From Eubacteriales bacterium (GTDB lineage Bacteria; Bacillota; Clostridia; Oscillospirales; SIG627), in NCBI GenBank assembly GCA_045653035.1, contig JAZOLO010000006.1:21066-85065 (forward strand): 64,000 bases of DNA. The letters are read 5' to 3'. A model generated the notes under the pieces. The model had not been told where the DNA came from. It searched no databases and was given only the letters and a program-made list of their open reading frames with translations. A program made the translations under genes and the position numbers. Positions 53,930-62,776 of the stretch are shown here, in pieces; the first letter of the stretch is position 1; every line of letters begins with the position of its first letter.

Positions 53930-54208
53930 ATAGCCGAAGAGAGCCGAACTATTATCGCCGAGCAACTCCCTTTTTGGTCTAAATTTTCCTTTGTCGCTTG
54001 GAATACGTAAAGTATTCCTGCACTTCGCATAAAAATTTATCCTCAAAAATCATCTTTCCTCGGTTCGAGGGAAGTTTCAAGTGGTAATTTTAGTTCATAT
54101 CGAGGCGCATTTTTTGAAGTAATACTTTAGTATTACAAGGGAAATCAACGAAGATATGGGCTAAAATCACCCTTGAAACCGAAAAGAGTTCGACTCTCTT
54201 CGGCTATA
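53929..54208. repeat. Pseudo-palindromic element E (occupies the mtaB 5' leader)
   Basis: 22-nt terminal inverted repeats TATAGCCGAAGAGAGCCGAACT and AGTTCGACTCTCTTCGGCTATA (1 mismatch). Two inverted copies of the GTAATNC-TTTA hairpin module (53996-54021, 54116-54140). Central hairpin CCTCG-GTT-CGAGG. Confidence 0.75.
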
Positions 54209-54235
54209 ATAAAGAAATCAAAGGAATGCACAAAA

Positions 54236-55507
54236 ATGAAAAAAGTGGGAATATTAACTCTAGGCTGTAGAGTAAATCAGTATGAAAGCGATGCAATCTC
54301 CGAGCTGCTCTGTAAGAAGGGCTTTGAGGTGTGCGATTTTGACGATGACTGTGATATCTACCTTATAAATACTTGCAGTGTTACCGCCGAGTCCGACTCC
54401 AAAAGCAGAAAGGCTATAAGACGGGCACTAAGACAGAGAGAGACAACGGGCTCTCGGGTTGCGGTAATCGGCTGTTTCGTTCAAGGGGCAACAAAAGAAT
54501 ATCCCGAGCTTCTTGAAGCAGACTATCTTGCAGGAAACCGCAACAAGGGAGCCGTTGCCGAGAATATCGAGAGACTCCTTTCGGGTGAAAGACTTGACGT
54601 GCGAGAAAGCCTTGAGGGAGCACCTTACGAAAACCTGACCATTGCTTCAAGACGGTACGTTAAGGCTTACGTGAAGATTGAAGACGGGTGTAATAACTTT
54701 TGCTCCTATTGCTACGTGCCGTATGTTCGAGGCAGAGTACGGTCGAGAGAAAAAGCGGATATAATCTCCGAGGTGTCCCGTCTTGTGGACGGGGGATACC
54801 GTGAAATAATACTCACAGGCATCGAGACCTCCTCTTACGGCGAGGACAGAAATGAAAAAGAGCCTCTTTTGTCACTGGTCAGTGAGCTTCAGAACAAATG
54901 CCACGTGGAACGGCTTCGCTTCGGTTCACTCCATCCCTCGTTTTTTACCGAGGAAAGAGTAAAAAGACTCTCATGTATCGAGGGCATAATGCCCCACTTC
55001 CACCTGTCGGTACAGAGCGGAGCAACAAGTGTACTTGAAAAAATGGGAAGACGTTACGACAGAGAAACGCTCTACGGGGCGGTAGAGAATATACGCCGAT
55101 ATTTCGAGGGCGTGAACCTTTCCTGCGATATGATATGCGGATTTCCAGAGGAGACAGACCGTGACTTTGAGGACAGTCTTCGCTTTATAGAGGATGCCGA
55201 AATTCTTCATACACACGTCTTTCCATATTCTCAAAGAGAAGGAACGAGAGCTTCGGGAATGCGTGAAGTAAAAAACTTCATAAAGCACGAAAGAGCAAGA
55301 CTCATGGCAAAAAAGGCAGAGGAAGTGCACCACAGAATTTTTGAAAAGAGCGTGGGCAAGGAATATAACGTGATGGTGGAATTTTTCAAGAATGGAAAGG
55401 CGCTTGGCTACACCGAGAACTTTTTAAATCTTGCAATCCCTATCCCCGAAAACTGTGAAAAGGGCGATATAGTTAAAGTCAAGATAACCCCTGATATGGA
55501 AAGATAG
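54236..55507 (+). CDS. mtaB: tRNA t6A37 methylthiotransferase (MiaB-like radical SAM)
   Basis: UPF0004 N-terminus (GCRVNQYES), CNNFCSYCYVP, and a TRAM-like C-terminus. Start at ATG 54236 rather than the listed 54173. Confidence 0.85.
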   Translation: MKKVGILTLGCRVNQYESDAISELLCKKGFEVCDFDDDCDIYLINTCSVTAESDSKSRKAIRRALRQRETTGSRVAVIGCFVQGATKEYPELLEADYLAGNRNKGAVAENIERLLSGERLDVRESLEGAPYENLTIASRRYVKAYVKIEDGCNNFCSYCYVPYVRGRVRSREKADIISEVSRLVDGGYREIILTGIETSSYGEDRNEKEPLLSLVSELQNKCHVERLRFGSLHPSFFTEERVKRLSCIEGIMPHFHLSVQSGATSVLEKMGRRYDRETLYGAVENIRRYFEGVNLSCDMICGFPEETDRDFEDSLRFIEDAEILHTHVFPYSQREGTRASGMREVKNFIKHERARLMAKKAEEVHHRIFEKSVGKEYNVMVEFFKNGKALGYTENFLNLAIPIPENCEKGDIVKVKITPDMER

Positions 55508-55529
55508 AAAAAAAGTTTACAAATTCTTA

Positions 55530-55558
55530 TTGCAAAGCATGGAAAAATCTGCTAGAAT
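55530..55558 (+). promoter_or_regulatory. Sigma-A promoter of the two-component operon
   Basis: TTGCAA-17 nt-TGc-TAGAAT. Confidence 0.55.
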
Positions 55559-55661
55559 ATGAGTGTAAGTAAACTTTGTTCATGTTTTAAATGTGAACAA
55601 AGTTTAGAGCGTAACATAAAAAAGCCTTTATATAAGGGAATTTGAAAGGAAATAATAAATT

Positions 55662-56348
55662 ATGTCTACAAAAATTCTTGTAATTGACGACGATGCTAAT
55701 ATCTGTGAGCTGCTCAGAATATTCCTTGAAAACGAGGGCTATAAGGTAAAGAGTGCCTCCGACGGTGCAGAGGGCATTGCCGCTTTTAAGGCATACGAGC
55801 CCGACCTTGTTCTCCTTGATATCATGCTCCCAAAAAAGGACGGTTGGCAGGTTTGCCGTGAGATAAGAGAAATGTCTCAGAAGCCCATTATCATGATTAC
55901 CGCTAAGGGCGAGGTGTTTGACAAGGTACTCGGCCTCGAGCTTGGTGCTGACGACTTTATAGTAAAGCCCTTTGATACAAAGGAAATCTCAGCCCGTGTC
56001 AAGGCGGTGCTTCGCCGTTATACCGCTCACGACAGAGCGGAGGATGACGAAACGGTGAAGTTCGATAACATCGAAATAAGCCTTCGTAAATATGAGCTGA
56101 AGCTTCGCGGTAAGACTATAGATATACCTCCCAAGGAGCTTGAGCTTCTCTACTTCCTTGCATCTAACTATAATAGAGTTTTCACACGTGACCAGCTTCT
56201 TGACAAGGTGTGGGGCTTCGACTATCTCGGCGACTCCAGAACAGTTGACGTTCACGTTAAAAGACTTCGTGAAAAGCTTGAGGGAGTAAGTGACAGATGG
56301 AACCTTAAAACCGTATGGGGTGTCGGCTATAAGTTCGAGCTTTTATAA
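55662..56348 (+). CDS. OmpR-family response regulator
   Basis: Receiver domain (ILVIDDD...DLVLLDIMLP) plus a winged-helix domain (RTVDVHVKRLREKL...VWGVGYKF). Confidence 0.9.
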   Translation: MSTKILVIDDDANICELLRIFLENEGYKVKSASDGAEGIAAFKAYEPDLVLLDIMLPKKDGWQVCREIREMSQKPIIMITAKGEVFDKVLGLELGADDFIVKPFDTKEISARVKAVLRRYTAHDRAEDDETVKFDNIEISLRKYELKLRGKTIDIPPKELELLYFLASNYNRVFTRDQLLDKVWGFDYLGDSRTVDVHVKRLREKLEGVSDRWNLKTVWGVGYKFELL

Positions 56349-56353
56349 AAGCT

Positions 56354-57805
56354 ATGTATAAAAACATATTTAGTAAATACATTCTCACCTTTATGATAAT
56401 AGTCCTTTTAAGCTTTACAATACTCACTGTTGTTGTAACCTCGCTTATAAACGACTACGTGCTTGACTTAAAGCGTGATTCAATGGAAAAGACCGCCGAC
56501 AGTATCTATTCAACAGTCAATGGAATAATGTCGGTATCACGTCTTCCCCTTTATAATATCATATCGGTGGATAACGGCTATCTTATAGACGTTCTTAACA
56601 AGAACGCCGAAAATAACGATGCTGTAATCTTTATTACAGACAGTAAAGGACACGTCCTTGTGGCAAGCGACAACGCATCGGGACGTATTCCCCAAAACGT
56701 AGCAAGTCACCTTGTAGAGAGCTACATTTCAGAGGACTATCTTTACTCCGACCTTGGAGGAATATTCGACAGTGAGCACGTGAATATAATACGTCCTGTT
56801 AACGTTATTCCGGCAGGACATCTCGACCAGAATGCCGAAAGCAACGCAGGTGCTATATTTATCTGTTCCGAGAAGACTAACCCCATTTTTGAAAGACTGG
56901 GCGGAAGCTTCCTCATGACTCTCATGTGGATTTTTCTCCTTTCACTCCTTGCTATCTATTTCGTAAGTGAACGCATATCCCGCCCCCTGAAGGAGATGAG
57001 CTATGCGGCAAAGAGCTTTGCCAAGGGTAAATTCAACGTCCGTGTACCCGTGAGGGGAAACGACGAGGTGGCAGAGCTTGCAACAGCCTTCAACAATATG
57101 GCGGGAAGCCTTGAAAAGCTGGAGGAGAACAGAAGTGCCTTTCTGTCTAACGTTTCCCACGACCTCAGAACTCCTATGACTACCATTTCAGGCTTTATTG
57201 ACGGAATTCTCACAGGTGCTATTCCCGAGGACAAAACAAAGCACTACCTTGAAATCGTGAGAGACGAGGTAGGTCGCCTTGCAAGACTTGTAAATTCGCT
57301 TCTCAGCATTACCCGTATTGAGTCGGGTGAGAGAAAATTCAGCATGGCAGACTTCGACGTATGTGAGCTTGCCCGACAGGTGCTTATTTCGTGTGAAGCG
57401 AGAATTGATGCTAAAGGGCTTGACGTTCTCTTTGAATGTGATAACGATAACATGACGGTCTCTGCCGACAGAGATGCCATACATCAGGTTATATACAACC
57501 TTGTTGACAACGGCGTGAAGTTCTCGGACGAAAAGGGAAGTCTTACCGTCAGCATTCATTCCACCGATAAAAAAACGGTTGTGTCGGTGAAAAATACTGG
57601 CAAGGGCATTTCTGCAGAAGACCTGCCTCACGTGTTCGATAGGTTTTATAAGTCCGACCGTTCAAGAGGGCTGGACAAATCGGGACTCGGTCTTGGTCTT
57701 TATATCTGTAAAACCATCATCGACCAGCACGGCGAAGAAATGTGGGTAAAATCCGAGGAAAATGCATGGTGCGAGTTTGCATTTACACTTAATAAAAAGA
57801 AGTAA
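56354..57805 (+). CDS. Sensor histidine kinase (2 TM, HAMP, HisKA, HATPase)
   Basis: H-box FLSNVSHDLRTP, N-box and G-box (DNGVKF, GLGLGLYICK). Confidence 0.9.
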   Translation: MYKNIFSKYILTFMIIVLLSFTILTVVVTSLINDYVLDLKRDSMEKTADSIYSTVNGIMSVSRLPLYNIISVDNGYLIDVLNKNAENNDAVIFITDSKGHVLVASDNASGRIPQNVASHLVESYISEDYLYSDLGGIFDSEHVNIIRPVNVIPAGHLDQNAESNAGAIFICSEKTNPIFERLGGSFLMTLMWIFLLSLLAIYFVSERISRPLKEMSYAAKSFAKGKFNVRVPVRGNDEVAELATAFNNMAGSLEKLEENRSAFLSNVSHDLRTPMTTISGFIDGILTGAIPEDKTKHYLEIVRDEVGRLARLVNSLLSITRIESGERKFSMADFDVCELARQVLISCEARIDAKGLDVLFECDNDNMTVSADRDAIHQVIYNLVDNGVKFSDEKGSLTVSIHSTDKKTVVSVKNTGKGISAEDLPHVFDRFYKSDRSRGLDKSGLGLGLYICKTIIDQHGEEMWVKSEENAWCEFAFTLNKKK

Positions 57806-57835
57806 GAGGATGCAATGCATCCTCTTATCTTTTTA
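57804..57835. terminator. Bidirectional terminator shared by convergent genes
   Basis: Perfect palindrome AAGAGGATGCA-A-TGCATCCTCTT followed by a T-run. Confidence 0.75.
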
Positions 57836-58697
57836 CTGTTAATGTGTATTTTTTTAATTTTTCAATAGGGTGATATGATTCCTTTGAACGACGTAGCCCA
57901 AGAAGCCCCATATCCTCCTCACGGTTGATGAGCCTTGCGGGATTGTGCCTTGCAAATTCTTTTACTATCATCTGGTAAGCACCTGCCTTGTCACGCCTTG
58001 CCTTTTCAACGTGCACGAAAAGCATATCGCCTATAACCTCACCGAATGCAAAGGAAACGATTTCACCGTCGGCACGGATAAGCCCGCCTGAAAGGGGAAG
58101 GTCTTTATATCCTTTATCCATGTAGGATATGAGCTTTTCTCTTTCATAGAGTGCCGTTTCGTCAAAGCCCTCGGTGTCCTTTGAAAGCTCACGGTAGAAG
58201 TCCAGTACTTCTGCTATATTACGGGAGTCGATTTCCTCGTATTGCCATTCAGTAACACCTGCGAGAAACTTATTTATATGATTTCTTTCTCCCGAATACC
58301 TTTTTCCCCGAAATTCCGACAAATCTTCGTGAAGATAGATATAATCCCACCAGCCCTCGTCGGTTCGGACGTCCTCTACTGTAAAAGCTTTTTTTAGCCT
58401 TTCAAGGTCGTTTTCGCAAATAAGAGAAAGGGTAAGTGTGTCCTTTTCTTCTTTTTCAAAAAGCTCCTCTACTGCCGTGACTATATCGGGGGCGAGAGGT
58501 GAAAAGCATTCACCGCAGGTCACTGTATGACGTAAAACGAGAGAGTTTTCAAGAAAAGCATATTTAGTTTTATAAAAATCACGCCAGGTAAATATTACAA
58601 AGGGCGTAAAATCACATAAAGGAGAGGGGGACTCCCCGATAGCACGAGCTATACGGGAAAACCCCTCCGTACTGACGTCTTCAAAAGTGTCAATCAT
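57825..58697 (-). CDS. DUF2156-type protein (MprF C-terminal, aminoacyl-phosphatidylglycerol-synthase-like GNAT fold)
   Basis: 290 aa. A block such as GKRYSGERNHINKF recalls DUF2156/LPG_synthase_C. This rests on memory only. Confidence 0.55.
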   Translation of the reverse strand: MIDTFEDVSTEGFSRIARAIGESPSPLCDFTPFVIFTWRDFYKTKYAFLENSLVLRHTVTCGECFSPLAPDIVTAVEELFEKEEKDTLTLSLICENDLERLKKAFTVEDVRTDEGWWDYIYLHEDLSEFRGKRYSGERNHINKFLAGVTEWQYEEIDSRNIAEVLDFYRELSKDTEGFDETALYEREKLISYMDKGYKDLPLSGGLIRADGEIVSFAFGEVIGDMLFVHVEKARRDKAGAYQMIVKEFARHNPARLINREEDMGLLGLRRSKESYHPIEKLKKYTLTVKR

Positions 58698-59263
58698 TTT
58701 TTTGCAAGTAACTCCTTAATATCGGAAAGAAGAGCCGCAGTTTCCTGCTGTGCCTTTCTTGTAGCCTCGATGTCTGCCTTTTCTGCCGCTGCCGCTTCTG
58801 CTGCTTTAGCCTCAGCCTCTTCCTTAGCTGCCGCTTCCTCTGCCGCCTTCTTCTCTTCTGCTTCATATTTTTCTGAGTCAAGCTTATGCATGATTGCTTC
58901 CGAACGGTTCTTGAGAGAGGTGATAACCTTTATTACAACGAAGATGGTAAGTGCAATGATAAGGAAGTCGATAATCTTCTGAATAAAGATACCGTACTGA
59001 AGCTCTACGGGTAAAACTTCTTCTACAAGAACAGTTCCGTCTTCGGCAAGCTGTGCAGGAACGCCCTCCTTGAGTGTCCATACAAGCTCTGAGAAGCTTG
59101 ACTTTCCTGTGAGAAGTGAGATAGCAGGGGTAATGACGTTTGCAACGAGAGAGTTTACAATATCCTTGAAAGCTCCGCCGATTACAACACCTATTGCCAT
59201 ATCAATAACGTTGCCACGGGTTATGAATTCCTTAAATTCTGTCAAAAATGATTTTTTTGCCAT
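58694..59263 (-). CDS. mscL: Large-conductance mechanosensitive channel with a long A/E/K-rich C-terminal extension
   Basis: MAKKSFLTEFKEFITRGNVIDMAIGVVIGGAF... after AAGGAG. About 55 extra C-terminal residues. Confidence 0.85.
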   Translation of the reverse strand: MAKKSFLTEFKEFITRGNVIDMAIGVVIGGAFKDIVNSLVANVITPAISLLTGKSSFSELVWTLKEGVPAQLAEDGTVLVEEVLPVELQYGIFIQKIIDFLIIALTIFVVIKVITSLKNRSEAIMHKLDSEKYEAEEKKAAEEAAAKEEAEAKAAEAAAAEKADIEATRKAQQETAALLSDIKELLAKK

Positions 59264-59282
59264 TTTAGTATACTCCTTTGTT

Positions 59283-60536
59283 TTATTTTTTATTCGCCTT
59301 ACCGCGAATTGATTTCCTGTATTCCTCTGCCGCCTTTTCGGTCTTGTTGTCACCGAAGCGGTAATATACCCTGTCCTTTAAGTCATCGGGCAGATATTGT
59401 TGCGCTACCCAGTGATTTGGATAATCATGGGGGTAGAGATAAGCGTCTTTTTTGTCGCCCTCTCCAAAATAGTGGTTGTTCTTAAGTCGGGATGGCATAT
59501 CCTGACCAAGTCCCTTTTCAACGTCCGCCATTGCCTCGGCTATCGCCATATATGCACTGTTGGATTTAGGGGCGGTTGCAAGAAGTATCGCCGCTTCTGC
59601 AAGAGGGATTCTTGCCTCGGGCAGTCCAAGCTGAAGGGCTGAGTCCACAAGCGACTTTACAATAACTGCAGCCATTGGATATGCAAGACCTATATCCTCA
59701 CTTGCGATAACGAGAAGTCTTCTGCAAGGGGAGATGAGGTCGCCCCCGTCAAGAAGCTTGGCAAGGTAAAAGAGTGCTCCATTCTCATCAGAGCCTCGAA
59801 TGGACTTTTGCAGTGCCGACAGAAGCTCATAGTGGCAGTCGCCGTCGCGGTCAAAGGACATATAGCTCCTCCCGAGCACTGCCTTTGCCGTATCCTCTAA
59901 AATCACGTCGCCCGACATGTGAAATGCAAGCTCAAGTGCATTTATAGACGACCTTAGGTCACCGCCTCCAGAAACAGAAAGTGCCGTTGCCGCCTCATCG
60001 GAGAGCACCTTCGAGGTAGCGTTTTCTTCGTTGAGCACCCTCAGTGCACGGTCAAGCGCTATTTTTACCGCCGTGTGTGAAAGAGGCTTGAACTCAAAAA
60101 CGGTAGAACGGGAAAGTATCGCCTTGTATATGTAAAAGTAGGGATTTTCGGTAGTTGAAGCAATCAGCGTTATACGCCCGTCCTCGATAAACTCAAGAAG
60201 CGTTTGCTGTTGACGCTTGTTGAGATACTGTATCTCGTCGATAAAGAGAAGTATTCCATCTGCTCCGAAAAGAGTACCCGTTTCTTGAAGTACTTCTTTT
60301 ATGTCCTTTGTTCCCGCAACTGTGGCGTTAAGCTTCTTTATGGTAAGCCCTGCCTTTTTTGCGATAATGTTTGCAACAGTTGTCTTTCCCGTACCCGAGG
60401 GTCCGTAGAAAATCATGTTGGGAATAACAGGGGAGTCCACGATACGCTTGAGTGCACCCTTCTCCGAAAGTATATGCTCCTGTCCTACAACCTCGTCGAG
60501 GGTGGTGGGACGGAGTCTTTCTGCAAGTGGTGTCAT
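59283..60536 (-). CDS. rarA: Replication-associated recombination protein A (AAA+ ATPase)
   Basis: FYGPSGTGKTT, LFIDEIQ, and a MgsA-type C-terminal domain. Confidence 0.9.
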   Translation of the reverse strand: MTPLAERLRPTTLDEVVGQEHILSEKGALKRIVDSPVIPNMIFYGPSGTGKTTVANIIAKKAGLTIKKLNATVAGTKDIKEVLQETGTLFGADGILLFIDEIQYLNKRQQQTLLEFIEDGRITLIASTTENPYFYIYKAILSRSTVFEFKPLSHTAVKIALDRALRVLNEENATSKVLSDEAATALSVSGGGDLRSSINALELAFHMSGDVILEDTAKAVLGRSYMSFDRDGDCHYELLSALQKSIRGSDENGALFYLAKLLDGGDLISPCRRLLVIASEDIGLAYPMAAVIVKSLVDSALQLGLPEARIPLAEAAILLATAPKSNSAYMAIAEAMADVEKGLGQDMPSRLKNNHYFGEGDKKDAYLYPHDYPNHWVAQQYLPDDLKDRVYYRFGDNKTEKAAEEYRKSIRGKANKK

Positions 60537-60539
60537 GGT

Positions 60540-61778
60540 TTAGTAAAGAGGATGCTCGTTGCAGAGCTTTTCAACTCTTGCACGTATATCGTCAGCCTTT
60601 TCAAACTCGCGAACAGTCATGTAGATAAGCTCGGCAACTTCCTTCATATCCTCGTTTGTAAAGCCACGGGAGGTTACTGCTGCAGTACCGAGTCTTACAC
60701 CGCTTGTAACGAAGGGACTTTCAGGGTCACCGGGGATAGCGTTCTTGTTGGCGGTGATATAAACCTCGTCCAGTCTCTTTTCAAGCTCCTTACCTGTAAT
60801 GCCCATGTTACGAAGGTCAACAAGCATAAGGTGGTTGTCTGTACCGCCTGATACAAGGTTGAAGCCCTTTTCCATCATGGCCTTTGCGAAAACTGCACAG
60901 TTGGAAACGATGTTTTTCTGGTATTCCTTGAAGGACTCAGAAAGTGCCTCCTTGAAGCAAACTGCCTTTGCCGCAATAACGTGTTCAAGAGGACCGCCCT
61001 GCATACCGGGGAATATAGCCTTGTCTATCTGCTTCTTGTATTCCTCACGGCAGAGGATAAGACCGCCTCTCGGTCCGCGGAGTGTCTTGTGAGTCGTAGT
61101 TGTAACAACGTCGGCGTAGGGCACGGGATTTTCATGGAGTCCTGCCGCAACAAGACCTGCAATATGTGCCATGTCTACCATGAGATAAGCACCGTTAGAA
61201 TGGGCAATTTCACCGAAACGCTTGAAATCTATCTTTCTGGGGTAAGCAGATGCACCTGCAACGATAAGCTTGGGCTTGTGTTCTTTCACAAGAGCCTCTA
61301 CCTTGTCGTAGTCTATCATGCCTGTATCCTCTTCAACACCGTAAGACACGAAGCTGTAGTTGATACCCGAGAAGTTTACGGGGCTTCCGTGGGTAAGGTG
61401 ACCGCCCTGGTCAAGTGCCATACCCATAACAGTATCTCCGTGCTGAAGGAAAGCCTGATATACGGCTGTATTAGCCTGTGCACCCGTGTGAGGCTGAACG
61501 TTTGCATGCTCTGCACCGATAAGCTCCTTTGCTCTTTCTATTGCAAGGCTTTCGGAAATATCAACGCACTCACATCCGCCGTAGTAACGCTTTCCAGGGT
61601 AGCCCTCTGCATACTTGTTGGTAAGGTGGCTTCCCATAGCCGCCATTACTGCCTCGGATACTATATTCTCACTTGCAATAAGCTCAATGTTTCTTCTCTG
61701 ACGAAGAAGCTCCTTCTCCATAGCGTCTGCTATTTCGGGGTCTGTTTTTCTGATAATATCAAGATTTTCTTTAAGCAT
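60540..61778 (-). CDS. glyA: Serine hydroxymethyltransferase
   Basis: ELIASEN, HLTHGS, and [14 protein letters not shown] (PLP lysine). Start chosen at ATG 61778. Confidence 0.95.
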   Translation of the reverse strand: MLKENLDIIRKTDPEIADAMEKELLRQRRNIELIASENIVSEAVMAAMGSHLTNKYAEGYPGKRYYGGCECVDISESLAIERAKELIGAEHANVQPHTGAQANTAVYQAFLQHGDTVMGMALDQGGHLTHGSPVNFSGINYSFVSYGVEEDTGMIDYDKVEALVKEHKPKLIVAGASAYPRKIDFKRFGEIAHSNGAYLMVDMAHIAGLVAAGLHENPVPYADVVTTTTHKTLRGPRGGLILCREEYKKQIDKAIFPGMQGGPLEHVIAAKAVCFKEALSESFKEYQKNIVSNCAVFAKAMMEKGFNLVSGGTDNHLMLVDLRNMGITGKELEKRLDEVYITANKNAIPGDPESPFVTSGVRLGTAAVTSRGFTNEDMKEVAELIYMTVREFEKADDIRARVEKLCNEHPLY

Positions 61779-61859
61779 CTTTTTCTTTTCTCCTGTCAAC
61801 AATAATAATCATATATAATTATATATCAAAGCATTTAATTTTTCAATAGTTTTTTGCCA

Positions 61860-61888
61860 TTGACAGAAAGAGATATATTTAGTATAAT
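61860..61888 (+). promoter_or_regulatory. Sigma-A promoter
   Basis: TTGACA-17 nt-TATAAT. Confidence 0.6.
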
Positions 61889-61923
61889 GAAAAAAATACC
61901 AAAGATTTGAGAAAAGGTGAATT

Positions 61924-62751
61924 ATGAGCTATATCGTAGGAATAGACGTTGGAGGAAGCACTACTAAAATCGTTGCTTTCGACCACGATAAAAATATAAT
62001 ACATCCCATCTTTGTTACCGCCGAGGACCAGATGACCTCTATCTACGGTGCCTTCGGTAAATTTACAAGTGAAAACGGGATAAAGCTTTCAGACGTTGAA
62101 AGAATTATGATAACAGGAGTAGGCTCTACCTTTATCGGAGGTGAGCTTTACAATATTCCCTGTGAGCACGTGAGTGAATTTGAGGCGGTGGGAATAGGCG
62201 GACAGTATTTGTCGGGACTTGACAGGACTCTTGTTGTAAGCATGGGTACGGGTACTGCCTGCGTATACGCCAACGGCAAAGAGCGTACTTATATAGGAGG
62301 TACGGGAGCAGGCGGCGGTACTATTATGGGACTTTCCAAGATAATGCTGGGAGTCAGCGATATAAATACACTCTGCAATCTTGCCGAGGAGGGCGACCTT
62401 AGTAAAATAGACCTCTTTATAGGAGATATTACGAACAAGAGCATCAGCCCAACTCTTGCTGACACCACCACAGCCGCAAACTTCGGAAACTTAAGTGAGC
62501 TTGCAACTCATTCGGATATGGCTCTCGGTATCCTTAACCTTATTTTTGAAACTGTAGGTATGGTTGCGGTATTCGCATCCCGTAGCTGTGATATCAAGGA
62601 TATCGTACTGACGGGTACTCTTACCAGAATCCCTCAGGCAAAGACCATATATGAAAAGATGAGTGCAATGTTCGGCGTGAACTTTATTATTCCCGATTAC
62701 AGCCGTTACGGAACTGTTATCGGAGCAGCACTCAGCTATTTTAAGGAATGA
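61924..62751 (+). CDS. coaW: Type II pantothenate kinase
   Basis: ASKHA fold: GIDVGGSTTKIV, VSMGTGTA, GGTGAGGGTIMGL. About 275 aa. Confidence 0.7.
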   Translation: MSYIVGIDVGGSTTKIVAFDHDKNIIHPIFVTAEDQMTSIYGAFGKFTSENGIKLSDVERIMITGVGSTFIGGELYNIPCEHVSEFEAVGIGGQYLSGLDRTLVVSMGTGTACVYANGKERTYIGGTGAGGGTIMGLSKIMLGVSDINTLCNLAEEGDLSKIDLFIGDITNKSISPTLADTTTAANFGNLSELATHSDMALGILNLIFETVGMVAVFASRSCDIKDIVLTGTLTRIPQAKTIYEKMSAMFGVNFIIPDYSRYGTVIGAALSYFKE

Positions 62752-62768
62752 GAAATTAGAAATTAAGG
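62748..62768 (+). repeat. Short array of the ATGAGAA/ATTAGAA 7-mer
   Basis: ATGAGAA ATTAGAA ATTAAGG, overlapping the coaW stop and preceding the cca GTG start. Confidence 0.6.
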
Positions 62769-62776
62769 AAATTGCA

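Noticed and set aside
53929-54208. An insertion sequence or transposon, because of the 22-nt terminal inverted repeats
   Set aside because: There is no ORF of any length inside and no transposase or integrase anywhere in the window. I saw no obvious target-site duplication. At most this is a non-autonomous MITE-like element, and it is reported as a repeat or leader instead.
54173-54235. The listed upstream start of mtaB (MKPKRVRLSSAIIKKSKECTK...)
   Set aside because: This extension lies inside the right arm of the palindromic element and has no RBS. ATG 54236 gives the canonical MiaB/MtaB N-terminus (MKKVGILTLGCRVNQYES).
60204-61805. Plus-strand ORFs of 215 aa and 274 aa opposite rarA and glyA
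   Set aside because: They are antisense to two highly conserved genes with intact motifs. Their composition is biased (Cys/Val/Leu-rich), and they have no RBS or promoter context.
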